From contig CAZYWG010000011.1 in assembly GCA_964651815.1 (NCBI GenBank), forward strand, positions 1,056 to 65,055: a stretch of 64,000 bases of DNA, in the 5' to 3' direction. The notes beneath the pieces are model-generated. The model was not told the DNA's origin, made no database searches, and saw nothing but the letters and a program-made list of their open reading frames with translations. Position 1 is the stretch's first letter, and the number at the start of each line of letters is the position of its first letter. Below are positions 39,963 through 50,106 of this stretch, one piece after another. Source of the stretch: an uncultured Gammaproteobacteria bacterium. Lineage in GTDB: Bacteria; Patescibacteriota; Microgenomatia; Levybacterales; GWA1-39-11. The position numbers and the translations under genes are program-made.

Positions 39963-41345
39963 TTAATCTTTTGCAACTGACTTTATTGTGGACATTAGTT
40001 CTTCGTGATATTTTTCCATGTCATTTTTTTCATAAGCTTCAACATTAAGTCTCAAAAGTGGTTCGGTGTTTGAAGTCCTTACAGAAAAGCGCCAAGTTGG
40101 ATAAGAAATAGCAACGCCATCCATTGTTTCCAATTCACCATCTTTGTATTTATTTTTAAGTATGTCCAAAATTTCTGGTGCATTAGTCACTTTGAAGTTA
40201 AATTCACCAGATTCATAACTTCTTCTATACTCTTCTATCACTTCCGAAAATGGCTTTCCCTCTCGCGTCAGGACTTTTAAAACAGTCAATATGATCGGCA
40301 TTTGGGATTCTGCATTTCCTGTTGCCCTAAAAAAGTAGTGGGCAGATGACTCCCCGGCAAAAATTCCTCCAGTAGTATTCATTGCCTCAGTAATATATGC
40401 ATGTCCTACGCGGGTTATTACCATTTTTCCACCATTTTCTTCAATTATTTTACGTGGGGTAAAAAGATAACGAATATCAACGTAAATTGTGTCACCCGGG
40501 TTTTCCTTCAATAATTCACTTGCCACAATTGAAGTAATAATGGTTGGCTGGACGACTTGTCCCTTTTCATCTATAAAAAAAAGCCTGTCACCATCACCAT
40601 CTGGCGCTAGGCCCAAGTCAGCCTTCTCCGCAACTACTCTTTTTTGTAAATCTACAAGCGTTTCAAGTTGGAGAGGGTCAGGTTGGTGGGCCGGGAATGT
40701 ACCATCAAGCTCCCAATTCATTTTTATTAAATCTTGAGGAACGTGATCAAAAAGTGACCCAATATATTGCGACCCCATTGCGTTTGCTGGGTCTGCTACG
40801 ACTTTAAATTTTGCAATTTCCGGATTCCCTACAATTTTTAGCGCGTTCTCAACTTCATCATTTAAAATTCCAGTTTTTTTAGTTATATTACCTCCGCTTT
40901 GTGGTTTCGGAAGATTACTGTTTACAGCATTTTCTTTCACCTCGTCCATTCCCGTAGATTTTCCAATCTTAATGAGTCCTCGTTCGCCCTTTTTTACAAA
41001 TTTCACACCATTCCACTGGGGTGGATTGTGGGAGGCTGTTATTTGCATTCCACATTCATACCCATAATGTGAGACAGCAAAGTAAAACGTAGGAGTTGAC
41101 ACAACACCGATATCTATAACGTGCGCGCCTAGCGCAACAAGCGTCTCAATTGCGATTTTAGTTAAAGAGGGTGAAGAAGTTCTCATGTCGGTCCCAACAA
41201 CAAGCGTTAAACTTTCATCATCGGGTTTCCCTTTTTTGAAAAATCCATAAATTGAAGCAACTATTGTCTTAATATTCTCTTCGTTTAATTCCTCAGGATA
41301 AAGTCCTCGGATATCGTAACCCTTAAAAATGTGAGAAGGAATCAT
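39963..41345 (-). CDS. Phosphomannomutase/phosphoglucomutase
   Basis: YDIRG, TASHNP, DGDGDR, GESSAH, RTSNTEP. Confidence 0.93.
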   Translation of the reverse strand: MIPSHIFKGYDIRGLYPEELNEENIKTIVASIYGFFKKGKPDDESLTLVVGTDMRTSSPSLTKIAIETLVALGAHVIDIGVVSTPTFYFAVSHYGYECGMQITASHNPPQWNGVKFVKKGERGLIKIGKSTGMDEVKENAVNSNLPKPQSGGNITKKTGILNDEVENALKIVGNPEIAKFKVVADPANAMGSQYIGSLFDHVPQDLIKMNWELDGTFPAHQPDPLQLETLVDLQKRVVAEKADLGLAPDGDGDRLFFIDEKGQVVQPTIITSIVASELLKENPGDTIYVDIRYLFTPRKIIEENGGKMVITRVGHAYITEAMNTTGGIFAGESSAHYFFRATGNAESQMPIILTVLKVLTREGKPFSEVIEEYRRSYESGEFNFKVTNAPEILDILKNKYKDGELETMDGVAISYPTWRFSVRTSNTEPLLRLNVEAYEKNDMEKYHEELMSTIKSVAKD

Positions 41346-41351
41346 AGAAAT

Positions 41352-42044
41352 TTAGTTTAAATCTTGGAGTAGTATTATGTCAAGATAGCTCGCGAGAGGC
41401 ATTGTCATGCCACTTGTTTTGATTTGTTCATCTAGGTTTGCAAGACTTAAAAAGACATGCCTTAGCTCATTCTCTCGCCATAAAAGTGCTTGTCTTTTGA
41501 GTTTTTCAAGTTGCCACGGTGCCATTTTAGAAGTTTCTGAAAATTCATTTTCAAGATTACCCTTTACAACCATCAAATTCCTAACACGTTTGATAAGAGA
41601 ATATAGAATCTGCTCCACTTCAGTATTTTTTGAAAGTGTTTTAAACAATTCTAGGCTTCTCTTTTTATTTTTAGGTGAAAAAGAGTCAATAAATTCAAAA
41701 AATACTTTTGGAAATTCAAAACTAAAAAATGTAGCTGTTTTTAATTCGTTTGTTGAATTTTTGTCAAGCTGTTGTTCATCCCACAAAATGATTGTTGTGT
41801 CCTGGTCTTTTAAAAACGTTTTTATGTTTTCAATTAGCTCTTTACTAGGTTTCACTTTTGTTGCATATTCGACTACAACGATCCTTTTAGCTGTGAATAG
41901 GCTTACTGATACAAGCGAATCAAGGATTACCTGTAAACTTTGTTTTTTTCCGTCGAACCTCGCAATTTCTGAATTGGGACTCAGAAGAGATAACAATTTG
42001 TTTCTGGAATCAACAATATTTTCTCCGGTTATAACGTAAATCAT
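41352..42044 (-). CDS. holA: DNA polymerase III delta subunit-like (HolA, short CPR type)
   Basis: MIYVITGEN, SLF..KRIVVVE and LANLDEQIKTS patterns. Confidence 0.6.
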   Translation of the reverse strand: MIYVITGENIVDSRNKLLSLLSPNSEIARFDGKKQSLQVILDSLVSVSLFTAKRIVVVEYATKVKPSKELIENIKTFLKDQDTTIILWDEQQLDKNSTNELKTATFFSFEFPKVFFEFIDSFSPKNKKRSLELFKTLSKNTEVEQILYSLIKRVRNLMVVKGNLENEFSETSKMAPWQLEKLKRQALLWRENELRHVFLSLANLDEQIKTSGMTMPLASYLDIILLQDLN

Positions 42045-42085
42045 ATTTAAAACTACCTATTTTTTAATCGGAATAAATCTGAGCT

Positions 42086-43258
42086 TTATTTTATCACAGG
42101 ACTGTTCATGAAAAGAACTTCTTTAATATATGATCTCAAAAGACCTGAATCAAATTTAATCCCCAATATCCCTCCATTTGGGTCGCCAAATTTAAATGTA
42201 GGGACAGATGCTGTGAATCTTGGACTAAGAGCTGGAATGCTCATGGGATTTGTTGGCGGTAGACCTTTTTGCTTTTGCAAATCTTGGTAAACCTTTGCAT
42301 AAGCGGTGAGTTCATTATTTTTCATAAATGATAACTTGTCAAACTGACCATTTTGTGAATCGAGCAAAAAAGGTGTAACTGCGATTACATTTTTATCTTG
42401 TTCCCAAATTGATTCAAATGACGTTTTATAGTAACTTCCAATTACACTCCCCGCGAGTCTCTCAGAACTCCAGCCTGTTTCGGTTATAAAAACGGGTTTT
42501 TCCGATCCGGCAAATCTTGAAATTATGTTCTCTTCAAATTTGTAAGTAGAAGTGCTTTCCTGAGCGTTAACCAAAGGTGGTACGGAAAAACCAGGATTTG
42601 GGTAAGAGTGCGACGCAATACCATCAATATTTTTAAATACATCGGAATTGTAATTTCCCATTTCCCTGATGTACACAAAATTATCCATATATTTTACGCC
42701 GTCATTTGGAGACGCATTATCAAGCCCCGCCGTAATCAAAAAAAAGTCTGGATTTTCGTTATGAAACGTTTGTTCAGCATACATAACCAAATCGGCGTAG
42801 TCCTTTGGGCTAGGTGGTTCGCCTCCCCATTCATCATAACGATTCGGTTCATTAAACAAGACAATATACCTATTTTTCGTAGGCCAAGTAAGCGAATTTA
42901 GAAAATTAGCAAAATCCAGTACGTTATACTCATTAGGTTTGGCCCAAACGCCAGTATTTATATAATATGGATCTGTAGCAAGTCGAACAATTGGAATTAA
43001 GTGGAATGTTGAACAATCATTAAAAAAATTTTGCCATTTTACAATATCCCGGTCAGAATATTGAATGGGTATTGTTACATATCCCCAGTCCCCACCTCCA
43101 GAATTCACAAGTTTTGCAGCATCTGAGAGTTCTGCTGGGAATAAAATATGTATTCCAAAAATGTTGTTTGGGAGGCTTACTGGATTGTAAAAAGCATACG
43201 ATTTTGTGGTAAATGAAAACAAAAATAAAACAAAAAAAATGAATAGCAGTTTCCTCAT
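42086..43258 (-). CDS. Secreted clan GH-A glycoside hydrolase-like protein
   Basis: Signal peptide; NEPN acid/base, HSYP, ITETGW nucleophile. Confidence 0.75.
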   Translation of the reverse strand: MRKLLFIFFVLFLFSFTTKSYAFYNPVSLPNNIFGIHILFPAELSDAAKLVNSGGGDWGYVTIPIQYSDRDIVKWQNFFNDCSTFHLIPIVRLATDPYYINTGVWAKPNEYNVLDFANFLNSLTWPTKNRYIVLFNEPNRYDEWGGEPPSPKDYADLVMYAEQTFHNENPDFFLITAGLDNASPNDGVKYMDNFVYIREMGNYNSDVFKNIDGIASHSYPNPGFSVPPLVNAQESTSTYKFEENIISRFAGSEKPVFITETGWSSERLAGSVIGSYYKTSFESIWEQDKNVIAVTPFLLDSQNGQFDKLSFMKNNELTAYAKVYQDLQKQKGLPPTNPMSIPALSPRFTASVPTFKFGDPNGGILGIKFDSGLLRSYIKEVLFMNSPVIK

Positions 43259-43322
43259 GATAAGCCTTATATTCTAATATAATGCCCCAAAAAACAAAAG
43301 CAAATGTTATAATAATATCCTT

Positions 43323-45089
43323 ATGTGCGGGATATTCGGGTACATAGGTCCCAAAGAGGACGCGGCACAGATTGTGCTTGAAGGACTAAAAACTCTTGAA
43401 TATAGAGGTTATGATTCGTGGGGAATTGCCGTTAAGAAAGGCACTGTCCTTGAATCAGAAAAACATACCGGCAAAATTGGTGACGCTAATACTATCCTCC
43501 CAAAAAGCAACGTAGGAATTGGCCACACCCGCTGGGCTACACACGGAGGTGTAACAGACCAAAACGCACATCCGCATCTTGACTGCACAAAACAAATTGC
43601 GCTTATCCACAACGGCATAATTGAAAACTTTCTTGAATTAAGGAATGAGCTCGTTAAAAAAGGGCATAAATTTAGTTCTGAAACGGATACCGAGGTTGCC
43701 GTCCATTTAATTGAAGAGAATCTTAAAACAGTTGGGTTTGCAACGGCAGTCCGCGACGCATTCAACAAGCTGTCCGGTATGAATGCGATAGTTGTTTTAA
43801 ATAGTGCTTCCTCGGAAATCATTGCTGCAAAAAATGGGTCTCCTCTTGTAGTTGGTGTTGGGAAAGATGAATATTTTGTCGCGTCTGACGCTGCTGGAAT
43901 TTTAAAATACACAAAAGATATTTTGTTTTTAGAAGACAACCACATGGTAATTATAGGTGAAGATTTAAAACTTCTTACACTTCCTGCGGGGCGTGAGGTA
44001 AAGGCCAAAATTGAAACAATTAAATGGGCATTTGAAGAAGCAGAACTTGGGAATTATAAACATTTTTTTATAAAAGAAATCCATGAAGAGCCCAGAGTTA
44101 TTAAAAACATAGCACTTAACGGTTTGCAAAGCGCAAAGAATCTCGCAAATCTAATTGAACACGCAACCGGAACCTTTCTGATTGCCTGCGGTTCTGCGTC
44201 ATACGCGGCAACTGGTGCCACATATCTTTTTTCAAAAGTTGCAAAAAAACACGTTAACTTTGCCGTAGGTTCGGAATTTAAATATATTGAAGACTTTATA
44301 ATACCTGAAACTTTAGTAATACCTATCTCTCAAAGCGGGGAATCAATTGATGTTATTGAACCAACAACCAAAGCAAAAAAAGAAAAGGGCGCAAAAATCG
44401 CGTCCATTGTAAATGTCCTTGGGTCAACTCTCTATAGACTTTCAGACTTTAATTTTTTACTTGAAGCGGGCCCCGAAAAAGCAGTAGTTGCCACAAAAAG
44501 TTTTAGCGCAATGATTGCCGCTGTTCTTCTGACAGCTTATGCCTTGGCAAACAAGGCTAAAAAAGGGCAAGAATTGCTGTTACAAGCTTCATTAAATGTT
44601 TCAAAAATTTTGGGTCCAACCTATATTGAAATGGTGATAGAGATTGCAGAAAAGCTCAAAAACCGCGAACATATTTATGTAATTGGAAGAGGTATTTCAT
44701 ACACAGCAGCGCTAGAAGCGACTTTGAAAATTAAAGAGGCAACATATATTCATGCGGAAGCGTTTCCGGGTGGCGAATTAAAACATGGCGTAATTGCATT
44801 AATAGAAAAAGGCACACCCTGCATAGTCTTTGCTCCAAATGACGAGACTTATGAAGAAATTGTGTCAAATGCTCAGGAAATTAAGGCGCGTGGCGGTCAT
44901 ATAATTGGTATTGGACCTATCAATAATGAAGTTTTTGATGATTTCCTCGAGACTGACGATATTGAGGAAGCAACTCTACTCCCTCAAGTAACTGTTGCAC
45001 ATTTACTTGGGTATTATCTTGCTCTAGCACGCGGAAACAAAGACCCGGATAAGCCCCGAAATCTCGCAAAATCCGTCACTGTGAAATGA
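43323..45089 (+). CDS. glmS: Glutamine-fructose-6-phosphate aminotransferase
   Basis: MCGI, GHTRWATHG, SQSGE, PRNLAKSVTV. Confidence 0.98.
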   Translation: MCGIFGYIGPKEDAAQIVLEGLKTLEYRGYDSWGIAVKKGTVLESEKHTGKIGDANTILPKSNVGIGHTRWATHGGVTDQNAHPHLDCTKQIALIHNGIIENFLELRNELVKKGHKFSSETDTEVAVHLIEENLKTVGFATAVRDAFNKLSGMNAIVVLNSASSEIIAAKNGSPLVVGVGKDEYFVASDAAGILKYTKDILFLEDNHMVIIGEDLKLLTLPAGREVKAKIETIKWAFEEAELGNYKHFFIKEIHEEPRVIKNIALNGLQSAKNLANLIEHATGTFLIACGSASYAATGATYLFSKVAKKHVNFAVGSEFKYIEDFIIPETLVIPISQSGESIDVIEPTTKAKKEKGAKIASIVNVLGSTLYRLSDFNFLLEAGPEKAVVATKSFSAMIAAVLLTAYALANKAKKGQELLLQASLNVSKILGPTYIEMVIEIAEKLKNREHIYVIGRGISYTAALEATLKIKEATYIHAEAFPGGELKHGVIALIEKGTPCIVFAPNDETYEEIVSNAQEIKARGGHIIGIGPINNEVFDDFLETDDIEEATLLPQVTVAHLLGYYLALARGNKDPDKPRNLAKSVTVK

Positions 45090-45751
45090 TGCCAAACAAA
45101 GCTTTCATATTCGATATGGATGGCGTACTTGTTGATAGCGAGCGTTCGTGGGAAAAAGTTGATAAAGATTTTTTGGATAGAATTCTAGGAAAAGATATTA
45201 GCAAAAAAATCGGAAGCACCATAGGATTTGGAGTTAGTAGTATTTACGAGAAAGCTAAAAACTTTGGGTTTGTGATGGATCCACATAAATTCCAGTCGCT
45301 TTATGATGAAATAGCTTTTGAAGTTTATGACAGATCAACAATAACCCCCAACGTCGAAGATTTATCCACTTTTCTCTTGTCTAATAACTTTAAAATTGGT
45401 TTAGTAAGCTCTTCTCCTACTTCTTGGATTGATCACGTCATGAAAAGAATTTCATTTGGAAATAAGTTTAAAACCATTGTTTCTTTAAATGATCACCCGA
45501 ATTTAGCAACAAAGCCTGCGCCGGATGGATACTTAGAGGCAATGAAAGAATTGGATAGTACACCAAGCACTACAATTGTCCTTGAGGACTCAAATCCTGG
45601 GATAAAATCTGCTAAAAAATCTGGATCTTATACTATTGGATTTAGAGGAAATATAGTTCCTGGATATATCCAAGATGAAGCAGATATTTACGCTGATCAC
45701 ATGCTTGAGGTAATTGAAATTATCAAAAATAAATTCATGTCCACTGAATAG
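45086..45751 (+). CDS. HAD-family phosphatase
   Basis: FDMDGVLVDS, KPAPD, EDS. Confidence 0.9.
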   Translation: MMPNKAFIFDMDGVLVDSERSWEKVDKDFLDRILGKDISKKIGSTIGFGVSSIYEKAKNFGFVMDPHKFQSLYDEIAFEVYDRSTITPNVEDLSTFLLSNNFKIGLVSSSPTSWIDHVMKRISFGNKFKTIVSLNDHPNLATKPAPDGYLEAMKELDSTPSTTIVLEDSNPGIKSAKKSGSYTIGFRGNIVPGYIQDEADIYADHMLEVIEIIKNKFMSTE

Positions 45752-45775
45752 CCTCAGATTTAGTATAATTATCTC

Positions 45776-46729
45776 ATGAAGTCATTTTGGAATAATTTAC
45801 CAAAACCTATCTTTGCATTGGCACCTATGGAAGGCGTGACTGATACAGTCTTTAGAAGACTTATCAATTATTGTGGAAGACCTGCCGTTTATTTTACAGA
45901 ATTTACAAATGTTGACGGGTTATTTTCTAAAGGACATAAAGCAGTTGAACACAGGTTGATTTTTAAGCAAGAGGAAAAACCCATAATTGCCCAAATTTGG
46001 GGGATGAAACTTGAAAATTATACTGAAGCTGCAAAAAAAATTGTTGAAATGGGTTTTGATGGAATTGATATCAATATGGGTTGCCCTGAAAAAAATGTAG
46101 TAAGACGTGGCTCTTGTGCAGGTCTTATACACAACCCAAAACTTGCGGCACAAATTATTGCTGCAACAAAAGAAGGTGCGGGAGATTTACCTGTTAGCGT
46201 AAAGACTCGAATAGGTATAAAAGAAAACGAAATTAATGAATGGATCACATTTTTACTCGAACAAAATATTGACGCACTTACCGTGCATTTGAGAACCGTT
46301 AAAGAAATGTCTCAAGTACCTGCACATTGGGAAGAAACCGCAAGAGTTGTAGAAATTAAAAACAAAATTAGTCCTGAAACCATTATTCTAGGTAACGGAG
46401 ATATAGAAAGTTTAGCAGAAGCTACTGAAAAGACCCAAAAATATAGTCTTGATGGGGTAATGATAGGACGCGGAATTTTTCACGATCCCTTTTTATTTAA
46501 TCCTAAAAAGAGATTGGAAGATTTAAATCTTGAAGAACGAATGACTTTATTGCTTAAACATTCAACTCTATTCGAGGACGAATGGGGAGAATCAAAACAC
46601 TTTGAAATACTGAGAAAATTTTATAAAATCTATACTCTTGGACTTCCAAATGCTTCAGAACTTCGTGAGAAGCTAATGACAACAAAAAACCTTGAAGATG
46701 TCAAAGAAGTAATTAGTGGTACCATATAA
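45776..46729 (+). CDS. dus: tRNA-dihydrouridine synthase
   Basis: LAPMEGVTD, DINMGCP, VHLRT, GNGDI, GVMIGRG. Confidence 0.93.
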   Translation: MKSFWNNLPKPIFALAPMEGVTDTVFRRLINYCGRPAVYFTEFTNVDGLFSKGHKAVEHRLIFKQEEKPIIAQIWGMKLENYTEAAKKIVEMGFDGIDINMGCPEKNVVRRGSCAGLIHNPKLAAQIIAATKEGAGDLPVSVKTRIGIKENEINEWITFLLEQNIDALTVHLRTVKEMSQVPAHWEETARVVEIKNKISPETIILGNGDIESLAEATEKTQKYSLDGVMIGRGIFHDPFLFNPKKRLEDLNLEERMTLLLKHSTLFEDEWGESKHFEILRKFYKIYTLGLPNASELREKLMTTKNLEDVKEVISGTI

Positions 46730-46734
46730 CGTAA

Positions 46735-48312
46735 ATGCAAAATGTTGTAAAACTCCTACGTCCAAAGCTCGACATAATTATTCCATTAGTATTATTACTT
46801 CCTCTCTACTATCTTTTATATAAAATCTATATTCCTCGCGTAAATGCTTTTGGATGTTTTGATGATTGTTTTAATTTCATGGGAGGATTTTTTTTGCTTC
46901 ATGGAAAGCGCATTTATACTGACTTTTTTTATAATCACCAACCTCTTGCCGCTTTCATAAGTTACTTTATCCAAGTGCTTACTCATCCGCAAAGTATTTT
47001 TGAACTAGTTTTGAGGCATAGGCAATTTGTTCTACTTTTTGGGCTTTTGTTTAACATTTTTCTTGTAATTCGATTCCGCCTACCTGCATTTTTGTTTGCT
47101 GTAGTTTTTGAACTTAGTAAGTTCTACTTATTTGGTGATAGATTTTTAGCCGAGGCAATAATAGTTTACCCGGTTGTATATATGGCAGGAATTTTATACC
47201 AAAAACTCACAAATCGCAAACTATTATCTATTGACTACTTCATAACTGCAGTGTCTACATGGTTCGTGATTTTTATGCGAGAACCATATATCCCCCTCGC
47301 TCTATTTCTGTATGTAGCAATTTTGCTTCAAAAAAAACCCACGAAAACAGTTATTTACTCGGTTTTGCTGTTTATCATCTTGTCTGGTATCACTCTTTTG
47401 AGTTTTAATTTAAAAGATTATTTTTTCGATGTCTTAATCGTAAATTTCAAAGTAGTTTTGCCTATTGAGGCCAAAAGTCAGCTTTATGGAGGACCCCTAC
47501 AAATTTTCTTTTACCCTATTTTTGTATTTTTTGCAGGACCTCAAAACATTTTCAAAATGCTTTTGGAAGCCGTCGATATTCTGTTCATTATCTTTTTTGT
47601 AAAGCTTTTGAAAGACAAGAAATACGTATTGGCTATGACAATTTTTATAATGCTCGGACTTGCAAATCTTAAAGACAATCTGCCTGGGAAATTATTTTAT
47701 GAAGCATTTCATATGATAATTTGGTACACACTATTTGTGTTTTCAACTTTAGTTTTAATATTTAAAAATCAGAAAAATAGAAATTTATTTTTAGGATCTC
47801 TCTCTGTACTTCTTATAGTTTTTTCGATATTTGTCTTGTCACCGTCTTATTTTGCTCGTGAGAAAATTGATGAACATTCTGAATTTTTGACAAATTACGG
47901 CCAAACTTTACAAGAAGGCTCAGTGATAAAAGCTTTATCGAAACCTGGAGATTCACTTTTTGTTGACGGTTCAGATGATATGGTATACTGGCAGGCAGAT
48001 AGGTTTTCTAGTTACAAATATTCCTGGTTTACAGGAGTCATGAGTTATTTCCCGGAATATAACCAAGCAAGAATAGAAATGTTTAGAAAAAACCCACCGG
48101 ATTTTTACAGGGAATTTGGATCTTGTCCCACAAATTCAAAAGCTGAGTTTGTTTTGCCTAAATTTGTTGAGAACAAATACGTGAGACTTTATGAAAACAA
48201 TAAACCGGGTTGCATTTTTGTCAATCGCGATAAATTAAAAGAAATTACGCCTCAACAATTTAAAGAGGCTTCTATCTGGCTCTATTCTCTACCTAAAAAT
48301 GAAACTAATTAA
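46735..48312 (+). CDS. Polytopic membrane protein, GT-C-like
   Basis: About 11 TMs; FDD and Y.D.F.NHQP in the first loop. Confidence 0.55.
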   Translation: MQNVVKLLRPKLDIIIPLVLLLPLYYLLYKIYIPRVNAFGCFDDCFNFMGGFFLLHGKRIYTDFFYNHQPLAAFISYFIQVLTHPQSIFELVLRHRQFVLLFGLLFNIFLVIRFRLPAFLFAVVFELSKFYLFGDRFLAEAIIVYPVVYMAGILYQKLTNRKLLSIDYFITAVSTWFVIFMREPYIPLALFLYVAILLQKKPTKTVIYSVLLFIILSGITLLSFNLKDYFFDVLIVNFKVVLPIEAKSQLYGGPLQIFFYPIFVFFAGPQNIFKMLLEAVDILFIIFFVKLLKDKKYVLAMTIFIMLGLANLKDNLPGKLFYEAFHMIIWYTLFVFSTLVLIFKNQKNRNLFLGSLSVLLIVFSIFVLSPSYFAREKIDEHSEFLTNYGQTLQEGSVIKALSKPGDSLFVDGSDDMVYWQADRFSSYKYSWFTGVMSYFPEYNQARIEMFRKNPPDFYREFGSCPTNSKAEFVLPKFVENKYVRLYENNKPGCIFVNRDKLKEITPQQFKEASIWLYSLPKNETN

Positions 48313-48748
48313 ATTTACAAAAGAAGGGCTTGAAAATCTAAAAAAGGAGCTCGAAGAAACGCAAATTTCAAGACCCGCAGCAGTCAAAGAATTAACGCGA
48401 GCTCGTGAGATGGGAGATCTATCAGAAAACGGGCTTTATCACGCCGCAAAGTCCCGTCTCAGGTCTATGGACAGCAAAATAAGGAGATTATCTAGTATGA
48501 TAAAACTTGCGGATGTCTATGAAGCGCCTATTGGCGTTGTGGGAATAGGATCAAAAGTTAAAGTAGAACAAAACGGTAACACGCTTGAGTATGAAATAGT
48601 TGGTGATTTTGAAGCAGATCCTGGTAACCATAAGATTTCCTCAAACTCTCCAATTGGCATGTCTTTAATTGGGAAGAGAATAGGTGAAGATGCCAACATT
48701 ACAACCCCTAACGGCCTAACAACACTCAAAATTATTAAAATTCTATAG
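48299..48748 (+). CDS. greA: Transcription elongation factor GreA
   Basis: AREMGDLSEN and ISSNSPIG motifs. Confidence 0.92.
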   Translation: MKLIKFTKEGLENLKKELEETQISRPAAVKELTRAREMGDLSENGLYHAAKSRLRSMDSKIRRLSSMIKLADVYEAPIGVVGIGSKVKVEQNGNTLEYEIVGDFEADPGNHKISSNSPIGMSLIGKRIGEDANITTPNGLTTLKIIKIL

Positions 48749-48822
48749 TCAACATAGTCTAAATTTATCAAACAGGGGCTTGCATTTAATAATAGATACT
48801 TATAGAATATTCTTTGGCTTAA

Positions 48823-50094
48823 ATGAGTGTAACTCTTGTTATCGGTTCTCAATGGGGGGATGAAGGAAAAGGAAAAATTATTGATTTCCTATCTCCCAAA
48901 CAAGATTTTGTTGTCCGGTTTCACGGAGGCAATAACGCAGGCCACACAGTAGTAAATAGTTTTGGCCGCTTCCCCATGCACCTAATCCCTTCTGGAATTT
49001 TCAATAACAGCGCAACGGCAATTATTGCCAACGGCACAGTCATTGACCTTGAAGTATTATTACTAGAAATTGAGATGTTAAAAAAAGCCGGGATAAGTCT
49101 TAACGGACGCCTTTTTATCTCCCCCCGTTGCCACCTTATTTTACCTTATCACAGACTTCTAGACGCGCTTTATGAAGAAGCAAAGGGTTTGGGTAAAACT
49201 GGCACAACCGGTAGGGGAATTGGCCCAGTTCATGCTGACAAAGTAAGCTATAACGGAATAAGAATTTGGGATTTTCTAGACCCACAAAAATTTTCGGAAA
49301 AGCTTGAAATTCAGCTTAGAATTAAAAACAAAATCATAGAAGCGCTTGGAGGACACGCCATGTCCCAACAAAAAATTGAGGAATTATTTTCAGAATTAAG
49401 GCCTAAGATTGAGCCATACATCCGGGAACCTTATCCAATTTTACACAAAGCAATTAAAGCAAAGAAAAACATTTTAATGGAAGGAGCACAAGCCGTATTT
49501 CTTGATAATGAATGGGGAACTTACCCATATGTAACAGCGTCAACTGTTGTAGCAGGCGGGACAAATGCACAGGCAGGAATTCCGCCAAATGCTCTAGATG
49601 AAATTATTGGTGTTTCAAAAGCTTATACTACTCGCGTTGGGGCCGGTCCTTTCCCGACTGAGCTTAAAGATGAGGTTGGCGAGACTCTACGCAAAGCTGG
49701 GAATGAATATGGTACTACAACCGGAAGACCACGCCGATGCGGGTGGTTTGACGCGGAGCTAATAAAATTTGGTGCGGAGCTATCAGGGTTTACCTCCCTT
49801 GCCCTTACAAAACTTGATGTACTTGATGAATTTGAAGAAATATATGTTTGCACTGGGTATGAAAAAGACGGTAAAAAAGCAAATTATTACGATGGTGACG
49901 CAAACTTTTTAAATGAGTTAACCCCGGTTTATAAAAAAATGCCGGGTTGGAAAACTTCTACTCGTGGCGTAACAAAATTTGCAGATCTTCCATTAAAAGC
50001 GAGGCAATATGTAAATATGCTCCAAAAAGAAACGGGAGTACCAATCAAATATATTTCAACTGGGGAAGAACGCGGCGCAATAATTATTAGGTGA
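48823..50094 (+). CDS. purA: Adenylosuccinate synthetase
   Basis: QWGDEGKGK, GGNNAGHT, TTGRPRRCGWFD, TKLDVL. Confidence 0.97.
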   Translation: MSVTLVIGSQWGDEGKGKIIDFLSPKQDFVVRFHGGNNAGHTVVNSFGRFPMHLIPSGIFNNSATAIIANGTVIDLEVLLLEIEMLKKAGISLNGRLFISPRCHLILPYHRLLDALYEEAKGLGKTGTTGRGIGPVHADKVSYNGIRIWDFLDPQKFSEKLEIQLRIKNKIIEALGGHAMSQQKIEELFSELRPKIEPYIREPYPILHKAIKAKKNILMEGAQAVFLDNEWGTYPYVTASTVVAGGTNAQAGIPPNALDEIIGVSKAYTTRVGAGPFPTELKDEVGETLRKAGNEYGTTTGRPRRCGWFDAELIKFGAELSGFTSLALTKLDVLDEFEEIYVCTGYEKDGKKANYYDGDANFLNELTPVYKKMPGWKTSTRGVTKFADLPLKARQYVNMLQKETGVPIKYISTGEERGAIIIR

Positions 50095-50106
50095 TAGATA
50101 CTCAGA

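Noticed and set aside
41407-42039. Long antisense ORFs (also 43409-44008, 13851-14324, 10207-10596)
   Set aside because: Shadows of well-supported genes on the opposite strand, with no motifs.
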